A DNA stretch of 64,000 nt from a virus, in the IMG/VR virus record IMGVR_UViG_3300047160_007939, positions 32,001 through 96,000 of that record; one strand, 5' to 3'. This document shows, in pieces, positions 28,779 to 37,260 of the stretch. Position 1 is the first letter of the stretch. Every line of letters begins with the position of its first letter. Under the pieces are notes generated by a model. It was not told the origin of the DNA. It did no database searches and saw nothing but the letters and a program-made list of their open reading frames with translations. Position numbers and translations under genes: made by a program.

Positions 28779-30214
28779 GACGCTCCCACCGGCCCGTTGC
28801 GGTATCCCGCGCTGATGTCAGAGAGCATCGCCCTGATCGTCTCGGTGTCGTCCGCGAACCGCTGGCGCTGTCTTTCGGCTTCGGCTTCCAGCTCTCCGAT
28901 GCGCGCCTTCAGCCGGTCGTTCTCCGCCGCTATCTCTTTGGACGCCTCGTTGACCGCCTCAAGCGCGCCCCAGAGACGCACGCGCGGGTCCATCCCACCG
29001 ATGAGCAGCAGCTCTCCGTGGCCGTTCCCTTCGTCCAACACGACGACGGACGTGTTGGCTTCCTCATCGTCGTGCCACTCCTCGGCTCGCTCTTCCTCCG
29101 GCTCTGTCTCATCCCAACCTGTGTTGGCAGGCGCGAAGACATCGCTCACGTCTACCGCTGCCAGTTCTTCCTCGGTCGGCGGCTCGAACTGGCGCTCGCT
29201 GTCAACGGTTCTCTCGATAGTAGCGGCTTGCTCGTGGATGTCGGTTCTCTCATCGTGGTCGGCTCGCTCGTCGGGGTCGGTTCTCTCCGGTCGGACGGCT
29301 CGCTCTTGCGGCTCGGTTCTCTCCACTGCACCGGCTCGCTCATCTGATACGGTTCCCTCGTCTACGACGGCTCCCAGAGCCTGCTGTGCCAGTTGGGTGG
29401 ACAGGTCAGGGAGCGGGGCAAGCCCACACATCACCAGCGGATCGACGTTGAGTGCCGCCGACACCTGCTTCAACCGCTTCTGGCCGCAGCCGGTGTAGCG
29501 GCCATTCTCCCAACAGTCGAGGCTGGCTTTGTTGATGCCGCTGATGTCGGCCAACCCCCAACGGGTCAGGCCGGCTCGCTCTCGCAGCTCGCGGAGCACG
29601 TCGCCGTCAACGTGCTCCAGGTCCTTCGGGGGTCCACGGTGGGCTGCCGGCTTGCTGGCCGGCTCGGGCAACACGGCGGCTGCGCCGTTCGGCTGGGGAG
29701 GCGCGGCATCCACCTCCTGAAGATACTCCACGTTGGTCTTCAGCACGCTCGCCAGCTTCGCCCACCGGTCGGGCATCGGGGTATACAGCCCCTTCTCCCA
29801 ACAGCGGATGACTTCCGGCGAGACGCTCATCCGGCTCGCCACCTCACGCCGCTCCATCCCGGCATCCTTCCTCGCCTGGATGATCCGGTCAGGGTTCAGC
29901 GGCGGCACAGGCGAAGGGTCTTCCGTCGCACCCGTGCAGTAGTCCACGGACACGTCCAGGAGCTTGGCGACCTTCACCAGCATCCCGGTACGCATACTCC
30001 GCTCGTGCGTCTCCCATCGCTCAACCTGGGTCGCCATCCCGCTACTGTGGCCCAGCCTGCCGGCAAGCTGGGCGCGGGACCATCCCTTCTTCTGCCGGGC
30101 GTTGGTCATCCGCTCCGGCAGCGTTCGCAGTGTCGTCAGCAGCTCGGCGCGCGTGCCCGCCTGGGAAGGCGTGGGCGCGGGCCGGCCTGCGGCCTGGCCT
30201 GCGGCCTGGGTCAT
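28775..30214 (-). CDS. triple XRE-type HTH protein with array-derived linker and coiled-coil tail
   Basis: Three HTH_3 units (ARQKKGWSRAQLA, ARKDAGMERREVA, LRERAGLTRWGLA); AAAGGAG RBS. Confidence 0.85.
   Translation of the reverse strand: MTQAAGQAAGRPAPTPSQAGTRAELLTTLRTLPERMTNARQKKGWSRAQLAGRLGHSSGMATQVERWETHERSMRTGMLVKVAKLLDVSVDYCTGATEDPSPVPPLNPDRIIQARKDAGMERREVASRMSVSPEVIRCWEKGLYTPMPDRWAKLASVLKTNVEYLQEVDAAPPQPNGAAAVLPEPASKPAAHRGPPKDLEHVDGDVLRELRERAGLTRWGLADISGINKASLDCWENGRYTGCGQKRLKQVSAALNVDPLVMCGLAPLPDLSTQLAQQALGAVVDEGTVSDERAGAVERTEPQERAVRPERTDPDERADHDERTDIHEQAATIERTVDSERQFEPPTEEELAAVDVSDVFAPANTGWDETEPEEERAEEWHDDEEANTSVVVLDEGNGHGELLLIGGMDPRVRLWGALEAVNEASKEIAAENDRLKARIGELEAEAERQRQRFADDTETIRAMLSDISAGYRNGPVGAS
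29206..29374 (-). repeat. TIGR-like dual-repeat array 3 (in-frame inside the HTH gene)
   Basis: 10 alternating repeats, all with 9-nt spacers; translated as ER(A/T)xxx repeats. Confidence 0.88.
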
Positions 30215-30268
30215 CGGGAAAGTCTCCTTTCTGTTCCCGAGTGGCGGGGCGCTAGTGCCCCTGGCACA

Positions 30269-30309
30269 ATTATAACGTCAACGAGCCTGCGTTACAACGC
30301 TATCATTGT
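30269..30309 (-). promoter_or_regulatory. promoter of the HTH gene with overlapping 14-bp operator-like motif
   Basis: TTGTAA-N17-TATAAT; AACGCTATCATTGT at 30296-30309. Confidence 0.6.
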
Positions 30310-30532
30310 GCCTTTTGGCTCTCTGCCGCTCAACAGACGGCAGAAGAACACCGGACTTCCGGCAGCGCCGGAAGTAAGCCTCACGGCACGGATGCGAGCA
30401 GTACAGCCCACGCCCAACAGTAGAGAACTGCCTGCCACACTCCAGACAGATCCGGTTCTTCAGCCTTCTCCTGGCTGCCAGCTCGCGGCCCTGCTCGGGC
30501 GTGCGGACAATGTGCGGGTTCGACTTTCTCAT
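30278..30532 (-). CDS. small Zn-finger protein
   Basis: CLECGRQF...YCSHPC. Confidence 0.6.
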   Translation of the reverse strand: MRKSNPHIVRTPEQGRELAARRRLKNRICLECGRQFSTVGRGLYCSHPCREAYFRRCRKSGVLLPSVERQRAKRHNDSVVTQAR

Positions 30533-30567
30533 AACGCTATCATTGTCACTTGCGACACTGCCGGCTG

Positions 30568-31056
30568 TCAAGCAGCCTGCCGTCCACCACGCTTCTTCTC
30601 GAAGATCCGCGCCCACCGCTCGTCCTTCGCGCCCTCAATACAGGCTTGCCGGTCTTTGCAGTACTTCACGTTGTAGCTGGCACAGCCCACCGGCAAGCCC
30701 ATCGTGTGACTGATGTCGTGCGCGTGAACGCCGATCCGACTGTCGGGCCGCTCCTCTTTGCACACGTCGCACACCCAGGTTACGTTCGCCCACCAGTCTA
30801 CGTGCCCCGTCACCTCTGCCTCCGGCTTCTTCTCTCGTCTACCCTGGTAGCGCGTGTAGATGCACGGCTTCACGTAGGGCGGCAGCGCCGGCTTCGTCTT
30901 CTCCAGCTCGCCACGAAGCACCCGCCGCATCCGACTGCAAAAGGCACAGTCGCAATCCCACGCCGTTTCCCAATACCCCAGCCGCGCACATCGAAGCGTC
31001 TTGAGCGCCTCCTGGAAGTGAAACTCCAGCGTATCCGCTTCCGGCTCTCTTCTCAC
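30568..31056 (-). CDS. hypothetical Cys-rich protein
   Basis: WVCDVC...NVKYCKD..C. Confidence 0.5.
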   Translation of the reverse strand: MRREPEADTLEFHFQEALKTLRCARLGYWETAWDCDCAFCSRMRRVLRGELEKTKPALPPYVKPCIYTRYQGRREKKPEAEVTGHVDWWANVTWVCDVCKEERPDSRIGVHAHDISHTMGLPVGCASYNVKYCKDRQACIEGAKDERWARIFEKKRGGRQAA

Positions 31057-31676
31057 CAGTCATCGTCGCCTCTCCCCTTCGTCCGTTCCGTGGCGACTTC
31101 CTGAACCTTCTCATCCACGTTATCACTCGGCCTTTCGGCGTCTTCATCTTCTTCGCCGGCCTGCCGGCTTATCTCCATCGACTGCCGCTTCAGCACTTCC
31201 GCCAGAGCGATGCCTTCTTCGATCCGCAGGTCAATCTGCACGTCTGCGTCATCATCCGGCGGCATCCCCGCCGCCCAGCGTGCCCCTGCATCGATCCCCA
31301 CGAAGAGCACCGTGCTCCGCTCGTTCCCGCGACCGCTCTCGATGGCTTCCTTCGTGAGCACCTGCATCGCTCTCCGCAGTATCTCCACCTCTTCGGGCGT
31401 CCTGCTCGTGTCGAGCCTCGGTACGAGGACCTCTCCGGCGTCACACCCTGCTGCGTTCGCTGCCTGGGCCATCTGGACGGCCTGCTGCGCGTGCGCGTCT
31501 TCTTTGTCCTGCGGCGGCAGATGCAGCGCCCACTCCAGGGCACAGCGCATCGCTCTCACGATTGCCACCGCTTCCCGCTTCACACCGCTGCCGTCTTCGT
31601 TCCGGTGCTCCATCTGCCGAGCCAGCATCGACCCCAGACCCTCATACGCCTGGATTATCTCGACCTCATCCCTCAT
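31053..31676 (-). CDS. hypothetical protein (207 aa)
   Basis: AAAGGAG RBS. Confidence 0.6.
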   Translation of the reverse strand: MRDEVEIIQAYEGLGSMLARQMEHRNEDGSGVKREAVAIVRAMRCALEWALHLPPQDKEDAHAQQAVQMAQAANAAGCDAGEVLVPRLDTSRTPEEVEILRRAMQVLTKEAIESGRGNERSTVLFVGIDAGARWAAGMPPDDDADVQIDLRIEEGIALAEVLKRQSMEISRQAGEEDEDAERPSDNVDEKVQEVATERTKGRGDDDW

Positions 31677-32448
31677 CCCCGTCGTTCTCCTTTCCTTCGT
31701 CGTCCGTCTCCACTACGGCCTGCGCTTCGATGACCTCGGGTGGGCCATTCCTCGCGGCAAGCCGCTTCTCTTCCAGCTCGACTTCCCCGAGGAACTGCTT
31801 CAGGAAGCCGTCAATCGCCCTGTCCAGCAGCTCTTCCCCGATCACCTCTGCCGGCGCGGTGTCCGGGTTCAGCGTACCGATGCTTGGTCCCGCCGCCAGC
31901 CCTGCCACGGCTCCCGTCTGTACCAGCACCGTCTGCTGCATCGGCATCGCTGCCGGCTGGCCGGCTCCGACCTTCGGCGGGACCACCGGCCAGCCTACCA
32001 GCGGTGCGATGATCGTGGTGAACTCCTTCAACATCGCTATCCCACGCTCAAGATCCGAGAGCGTCAGCTTCGCGTTCTCGTCTCCCCACTCCCGCCGGAA
32101 CAATCCGAAGAGCCTCTCCTGCACGTCGCGGGCCATCACCACGCTGTCCGCGACCAGCAGCTCCCGCTCCACCGCAGCTTTTCTGCCCCGCTCTTCCGTC
32201 TCCTTCACGTCGGCATCGACGGCCTTCTGCTGCATCCAGGCATCGTAAGCCGCCGCTCTCGCCGACCAGTCGTTGTGGCTCTGCCACTCGTAGAGCGAGC
32301 TTTTCGCGTTCTTGCTCCACTTTTCCGCCACTTTTGCTATGCTTCGCCTCGGTCCTAACTCCAGGTAACGCCGGAAGGCTTCGTAGGCTCTCTGGCTCTC
32401 GTGGCTTTGTTTCTCCCACGCCGCTGGGATGTCGGATGCTTCGCTCAT
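31666..32448 (-). CDS. terminase small subunit-like protein
   Basis: WE.Q..ES.RAYEAF..Y..LG..RS..KVA...W....W..RA.AYD motif. Confidence 0.7.
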   Translation of the reverse strand: MSEASDIPAAWEKQSHESQRAYEAFRRYLELGPRRSIAKVAEKWSKNAKSSLYEWQSHNDWSARAAAYDAWMQQKAVDADVKETEERGRKAAVERELLVADSVVMARDVQERLFGLFRREWGDENAKLTLSDLERGIAMLKEFTTIIAPLVGWPVVPPKVGAGQPAAMPMQQTVLVQTGAVAGLAAGPSIGTLNPDTAPAEVIGEELLDRAIDGFLKQFLGEVELEEKRLAARNGPPEVIEAQAVVETDDEGKENDGDEG

Positions 32449-32660
32449 AGGGTTCGGTTCCCTCGTACTTCCCGGCTTCGCTCGTCCGCTACGGTTCTCT
32501 AGCCCGCTATCGGCTCACTGCTCTGGCCCGGTTCTCTCGCGCTTCACGGCTCGCTCTTATTCTTCGGTTCTCGCAGCAACTTCGGCTCGCTCCCACGTTT
32601 CGGTTCTCTCGCGGAAGGTGGCTCGCTCCCGCTGCCCGGTTCTCTCTTCAGCGCCGGCTT
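32438..32660 (-). repeat. TIGR-like dual-repeat array 4 (upstream of terS)
   Basis: ~12 alternating repeats with 9-10-nt spacers; the terS ATG lies in the last spacer. Confidence 0.88.
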
Positions 32661-32661
32661 C

Positions 32662-33006
32662 CTATCGCCTGTTAAGTAAGCCCGATACCAGCACCCGCGC
32701 TGTCCACTCCTCTCCCATCACGAAGGAAAGCGCCTTCTCGAAGAGCGCGAGGTGCTGGCCTTCATCCACGATGGCAAAGAGGTGCGCGCTCTCCTCGTCA
32801 GGAAAGCGCAGGTAGAGACGCTTGTCCTTTACCCGCTCGGGTTTCACGTCGTACTTCGTCAGGATGTTGACCGCCGCCTGCCCACCCAGCCGCCGCAGCA
32901 CTTCCAGCACGCGCCGGCCACTCGCCTGGATGCGCTGGATGTCTTCCGCGTCCCCCACCGGCTGATCCTCAACCGGCGTGAGAGTGATGCCGACCAGCCG
33001 GCTCAT
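32662..33006 (-). CDS. hypothetical protein, weakly resembling the DnaX (gamma/tau) C-terminal domain
   Basis: P......LYLRF......H..........FEKALSFVMG....V pattern. Confidence 0.4.
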   Translation of the reverse strand: MSRLVGITLTPVEDQPVGDAEDIQRIQASGRRVLEVLRRLGGQAAVNILTKYDVKPERVKDKRLYLRFPDEESAHLFAIVDEGQHLALFEKALSFVMGEEWTARVLVSGLLNRR

Positions 33007-33376
33007 CTGCCGCGCTACCCGCCGGCTCCGGCCTACCTGCCGTCTGTCTACTCGTATCAGTGCCGTGTTCTCCTTTCAGCCGCGCCACTTCTTCCCGCAG
33101 TGCGGCAATCTCGTCCCCGATGGCTGCCACCTTCACTGCCTCTTTGTGCGACCTTCGGAGCGGTCCCAGGATACGGCGCAGCGCGCCCGTGAACTGCTCC
33201 GAAGTCCAGGGCTTGCCCGCTTTGGCGTGCCGCTCCGCCATCGTAATCATCGGCCAGAGCATCGCGTCGGTCCACTCCAGGGCTTCCTGGAGCCGCTGCC
33301 GCTCGGCTTCGCTGGCTTCCAGGCCCGCTCGAAGCCCGCTGATCGTAAGCCGCGAGGCGTCGATCACCCGCGTCAC
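32969..33376 (-). CDS. hypothetical coiled-coil protein
   Basis: GTGA overlap with the methyltransferase stop. Confidence 0.5.
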   Translation of the reverse strand: MTRVIDASRLTISGLRAGLEASEAERQRLQEALEWTDAMLWPMITMAERHAKAGKPWTSEQFTGALRRILGPLRRSHKEAVKVAAIGDEIAALREEVARLKGEHGTDTSRQTAGRPEPAGSAADEPAGRHHSHAG

Positions 33377-34119
33377 CGGCGCAGTTCCCCCACCACGAGG
33401 TACGAGTGGTTCTTCCTCGCCGTCTTCTGGAAGTCGTAGCGCATCGCCGGAACCGTCTCTTGCACCAGCACCAGGATGTCCACAATCCTGAAGCCGAAGA
33501 GTTCCAGGAGCTGGATCACCTCGCAGTGGGTCAACCGCTGCCGGTTGCTCTCTATCTCGTCCTGACACTTGACCAGTACCTTTCCGCCAATCACCAGGAT
33601 GCGCGCCGCCGAAAGTAACCCCGCCCCGTAGAGGCGAATGATACTTTCGTGGCTCTCGTTCTCGTTCAGGTAGCATTTATTGATCGACTGCTTGACCGTC
33701 TGCCCGCCGTGCATATAAGGCGGATCGAAGAGCACGGCATCGAAGTAGCGGCTCTCGCAGCAGTCCAGCCAGCGAAAATCCGCTTCTACTACATCGTAAT
33801 CGTCTGCTTTAACAGGATGAAGGTCGAACTTCTCCAGCAGGTAGTCCCGCTCGTCCAGCTCCTTCCACCACACCCCGCGACCGTAGGTGATGTCCGCGAC
33901 CTTCGTACCCTTTGCGACATACAGCTCGAAGGCGTCCGCAATCAGTCTCGCGTTCCCACCCACCCTCGCGGTAAGTACCGGGCCGGCCTGCCTGCCATTC
34001 CTTCCGGCTGGCAGGTCAGGCTGGACCGGCTCTGCTTCCTCTCCCCGGTTCTCTACACCCCTAACGGCTTGCTCTGCCACAGCGGTTCTCTCGTCGCCAA
34101 CGGCTCGCTGCCGGCACAC
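33373..34119 (-). CDS. amino DNA methyltransferase (DPPY); start uncertain, within array 5
   Basis: VADITYGRG motif I, FDAVLFDPPY, KCQD, ARKNHSY. Confidence 0.8.
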   Translation of the reverse strand: MCRQRAVGDERTAVAEQAVRGVENRGEEAEPVQPDLPAGRNGRQAGPVLTARVGGNARLIADAFELYVAKGTKVADITYGRGVWWKELDERDYLLEKFDLHPVKADDYDVVEADFRWLDCCESRYFDAVLFDPPYMHGGQTVKQSINKCYLNENESHESIIRLYGAGLLSAARILVIGGKVLVKCQDEIESNRQRLTHCEVIQLLELFGFRIVDILVLVQETVPAMRYDFQKTARKNHSYLVVGELRR

Positions 34120-34181
34120 GGTTCTCTCTGATGGTTCGGCTCGCTCACGGACATCGGTTCTCTCGATCTACGCGGCTTGGT
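34027..34181 (-). repeat. TIGR-like dual-repeat array 5 (directly downstream of the Tas gene)
   Basis: 9 alternating repeats with 9-10-nt spacers; the Tas stop codon lies in the first spacer. Confidence 0.9.
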
Positions 34182-35334
34182 CACCCCGTCGCCGGTGCTC
34201 CCTCGCTTCCCGCAGGCCGGGGAAGAAGTGCTCGTTCGGCGGCGGGATGTAGTCGATGTGCCCCAGGATCCCGATCACGTAAGGAGCTGGCGTCGGCGTC
34301 TTGAACCTCTCCCAGAACATCACCTCATGAAGATGCGAGAGGAAGAGCTTCACCGCGTACCGGCGTGCCCGAAGATCGATCCGGCCATCCGGCAGCCGGC
34401 CCTCTTCGTAAACGCGCTTCGTCGCCGTGTCCCGGCTCCAGTCCTTCTCGGCCAGCGTGCGCTGGGCAGTCTCGGCAAAGCGGCCTGCCGCGTTCCTCTC
34501 CATCTCCAGCTCCTTCCGCTGCTCGTAGACTTTCCCGTAGAAGCAGTCGGGCCAGTTGTGGAACTTCACGAAGCAGTCGCCTGCCTTCCAGCAGAGGGTC
34601 TTGAAGCCGTCGTGGTAAGGCCGGCGGGCAAGAGCTGCCGCCACGTTCTCCCTGGAGAGCTTCCGCTGCTTCCCGTCCTTATCCGTCTCGGCAAAGCGCA
34701 GCACGGTCGCCGGGTTCAGGCCGGCGTGCGGGCACGCCCGGCGTACCACCTCTTTCCAGTAGGCATCGCCGTCTTGCCCCCGCTTCTTTCCGTGCCCCTC
34801 GCGCTCCATCTCGCCGATCACGCGCGCCAGCACCACCGCGCCGTCCTTCTTGCCCAGCCAACGCTGGGTCGGGTCCAGGCCGGCGTGCCGCCAGATGTCG
34901 CCCACCGTGCTCGCTCGCTCGATGTCGATGTAGGCCATCAGCCCCGCGCTGATCACCGGTCCCACTCCTCGTTGGCTCTTCAGCCACCGGCCCACCGGCT
35001 GCCCATCCGTCCAGATGTCGAGCATCGTCTTCACCTGATGCTCCTGGCGCATATCCTGGCCGGCCAGCCACTTGATGAGCGTGCAGGGTTCGCCCGATGC
35101 CTCCAGCGCACGTACCTGGTTGCAGGCTGTCGCGCGCAGGTGCTGCATCGCGTAGTAATAGTCCACGAGGTAGCGCACCTCGCGGGGCTGAAGCGCGATA
35201 CCCGCTTCCTTCAGGTCCCTCTTCAGCTTGTCGAGGGGAAGCAGCATAGCCACCCACTCGGGATCGAGGCTTGCCCGCACCGCCGGGTCATCCAGATCCG
35301 GCGGCTCCTCAAACGGTCTTCGCTCGTCACTCAC
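34168..35334 (-). CDS. Nop-domain RNA-binding protein, TasA-like (IS110 C-terminal homologue, no RuvC/HNH)
   Basis: YY.MQ..R....NQ coiled coil; WL.S.RGVGPV.SA.L...IDI......IWR.AGL; K.LCWK....FVK; Y...Y..RK..E; RARRYAVKLFL.H; P.PY....LGH...I.PP; flanked by arrays. Confidence 0.85.
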   Translation of the reverse strand: MSDERRPFEEPPDLDDPAVRASLDPEWVAMLLPLDKLKRDLKEAGIALQPREVRYLVDYYYAMQHLRATACNQVRALEASGEPCTLIKWLAGQDMRQEHQVKTMLDIWTDGQPVGRWLKSQRGVGPVISAGLMAYIDIERASTVGDIWRHAGLDPTQRWLGKKDGAVVLARVIGEMEREGHGKKRGQDGDAYWKEVVRRACPHAGLNPATVLRFAETDKDGKQRKLSRENVAAALARRPYHDGFKTLCWKAGDCFVKFHNWPDCFYGKVYEQRKELEMERNAAGRFAETAQRTLAEKDWSRDTATKRVYEEGRLPDGRIDLRARRYAVKLFLSHLHEVMFWERFKTPTPAPYVIGILGHIDYIPPPNEHFFPGLREAREHRRRGDQAA

Positions 35335-35385
35335 GGTCTATTCTCCTTTCATCACAGTCCGAACAATCTCGGCGCTCCAGTCATT

Positions 35386-35559
35386 CAGTTCTCTATTACA
35401 CCACGGCTCGCTACTCGTGGACGGTTCTCTCGTCGCCTGCGGCTCGCTCGAAGGCATCGGTTCTCTCGTAATCGTCGGCTCCGCTCCGATTAAGCGGTTC
35501 TCTCCATCCGGGCGGCTCGCTCGTAGCGTCTCGGTTCACTCCACAACAACGGCTTTCGC
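35386..35559 (-). repeat. TIGR-like dual-repeat array 6 (directly upstream of the Tas gene)
   Basis: 10 alternating repeats with 9-10-nt spacers. Confidence 0.9.
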
Positions 35560-36390
35560 GGCTTCCAGGTAGTCTTCGACAATCTCGAAGCCCACGAAGT
35601 CCAATCCCAGGCTGACGGCAGCAGCTCCGGCGTGCCCGATGCCGAGGAACGGGTCGAGTACGGTCTTCACCCGCTCCCTGCCGTGGAGCAGGATGCACTT
35701 CCTCGCCAGCTCGGTCGGGAAGGTGGCCGGGTGCGGACGCTGCCCGGCCCGGCTCTTGATCGTCTTGTAGGGTACGAACCAGACGTTCCCACGGCAGCGC
35801 CGGTCCACCCCACCGGGCTTTGCCCAGCGGGTCACGTTGCTCTTGTCCTGGTAGGGCACGCCCACGGCCAGCCGGTCCAGCGGCACGTCCCCCCGCTTCG
35901 TGAAGTGGAAGACGTACTCGTGGCAGTCGGAGAGGAAGCGCGGGCTGCTGATCGGCTTCAGGTGACCTATGGCTATATCACCTGTGATCCCAGGATAATC
36001 GCCCACGTCCTTCTTCTCGATGGCGATGCTCTTCACCCAATGGATGACATTCTGGAGTTCCAGGTGCTTCCCCACCACCATCGACACCAGGAACGGGACC
36101 CACGGATCGGTCGGCTTGCTTCCCAGCACCAGAAAGAGCGAACCATTCGGCGCAAGCACCTCATTCGTTGCCCTCGCCCACCGGTCCATCCACTCCAGGT
36201 ACTCGCCTCGCGGCCCACGGTCATCGTAGCCGCTGTACTCCACGCCGATGTTATAGGGCGGCGAGGTCACCACCACGTCCACGCTGCCGGGGTCCAGCCG
36301 GCGGCGCATCCCTTCCACGCAATCCTCGTGGAAGAGACGCACCCACGACCGGCCTACCCGCGCTTCATACGCGGGCCGCTCTAGGGTCAC
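35536..36390 (-). CDS. beta-class N4-cytosine/N6-adenine DNA methyltransferase; start uncertain, within array 7
   Basis: VVTSPPYN, HPATFP, VLDPFLGIG. Confidence 0.88.
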   Translation of the reverse strand: MTLERPAYEARVGRSWVRLFHEDCVEGMRRRLDPGSVDVVVTSPPYNIGVEYSGYDDRGPRGEYLEWMDRWARATNEVLAPNGSLFLVLGSKPTDPWVPFLVSMVVGKHLELQNVIHWVKSIAIEKKDVGDYPGITGDIAIGHLKPISSPRFLSDCHEYVFHFTKRGDVPLDRLAVGVPYQDKSNVTRWAKPGGVDRRCRGNVWFVPYKTIKSRAGQRPHPATFPTELARKCILLHGRERVKTVLDPFLGIGHAGAAAVSLGLDFVGFEIVEDYLEAAKAVVVE

Positions 36391-36652
36391 GGTTCTCTGC
36401 TGTATCACGGCTAGCTCGGTTGACACGGTTCTCTCTGATAACACGGCTCGCTTCTCTGTCTCGGTTCACTCGCTATGGCCGGCTTCGCTCGCGCGTGACG
36501 GTTCGCTTCGCTGACGTGGCTCGCTCCCACTTAACGGTTCCCTCTGGAACAACGGCTCGCTCGTACCGAACGGTTCTCTCGTGGTTTGCGGCTCGCTCAT
36601 GTACGGCGGTTCTCTATCTGATTGCGGCTCCGCTCCTACTGCACGGTTCTCT
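36372..36652 (-). repeat. TIGR-like dual-repeat array 7
   Basis: 16 alternating repeats with 9-nt spacers. Confidence 0.9.
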
Positions 36653-37042
36653 CTCTCTCTCGCCCTCCGGCTCCGGCAAGCCCAACCTGCGCCGGATCAC
36701 CTGCTTCTCAATCTCCATCCTGGCTTGGCAGGGTGGACACTGCCGGCAGTCTTCCGGTATCCACAGGTCGGGCCGCTCGATGAACTGGACCTTATGGCCG
36801 GGATTGCGACACGCCTTCGCGCTCTCCAGTGTCTCGGGAATGCCGCGCGACTTCAGGACCTCCACCGGCCCGCCGGCCAGCCCGCCGGGAAGGTTCTGCC
36901 AGCCAGCCGGCAAGCCGGCTTTCTCTGCCTCGGTCAAAGCCCTATGTAAGCAGAGGGTGATGTTCATTCGGAACAACCGCTCGCGCTCCAGGTCACCGAC
37001 ACCTGCGAGTGTTCGGGCCAGATGACGCTCGCCGCTCTCCAT
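36614..37042 (-). CDS. hypothetical protein; 3' end runs into array 7
   Basis: GGAGG RBS; C..HKVQF...C..C..C. Confidence 0.55.
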   Translation of the reverse strand: MESGERHLARTLAGVGDLERERLFRMNITLCLHRALTEAEKAGLPAGWQNLPGGLAGGPVEVLKSRGIPETLESAKACRNPGHKVQFIERPDLWIPEDCRQCPPCQARMEIEKQVIRRRLGLPEPEGEREREPCSRSGAAIR

Positions 37043-37260
37043 TGCCTCCGGGGTCCAGTCGCCCGTGGCAATCAGCTCCCCGTTCCCGTCCCGACGTGAT
37101 ATGCTTGCTAACCATACGGGGGACCCCCCGAAGGCGTCACTTCATATATTCACGCTGATGACGGTCCAGACGCCGGGGGCAACCTCCTTCGCCATCGGTC
37201 GGCACACCTCGGCGGCTCCCTCGCCCCAGATGTGCCGGTACGCATACTCCTGCTGCCCTG

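Noticed and set aside
34168-35334. Intact IS110 transposase / insertion sequence
   Set aside because: No N-terminal DEDD RuvC-like domain and no recognisable IS ends; flanked by guide arrays
12729-36652. Self-targets of array spacers in this window
   Set aside because: Only a few pairs were checked by eye and no adjacent two-spacer match was found; single 8-9-nt matches are expected by chance. Needs a computed search
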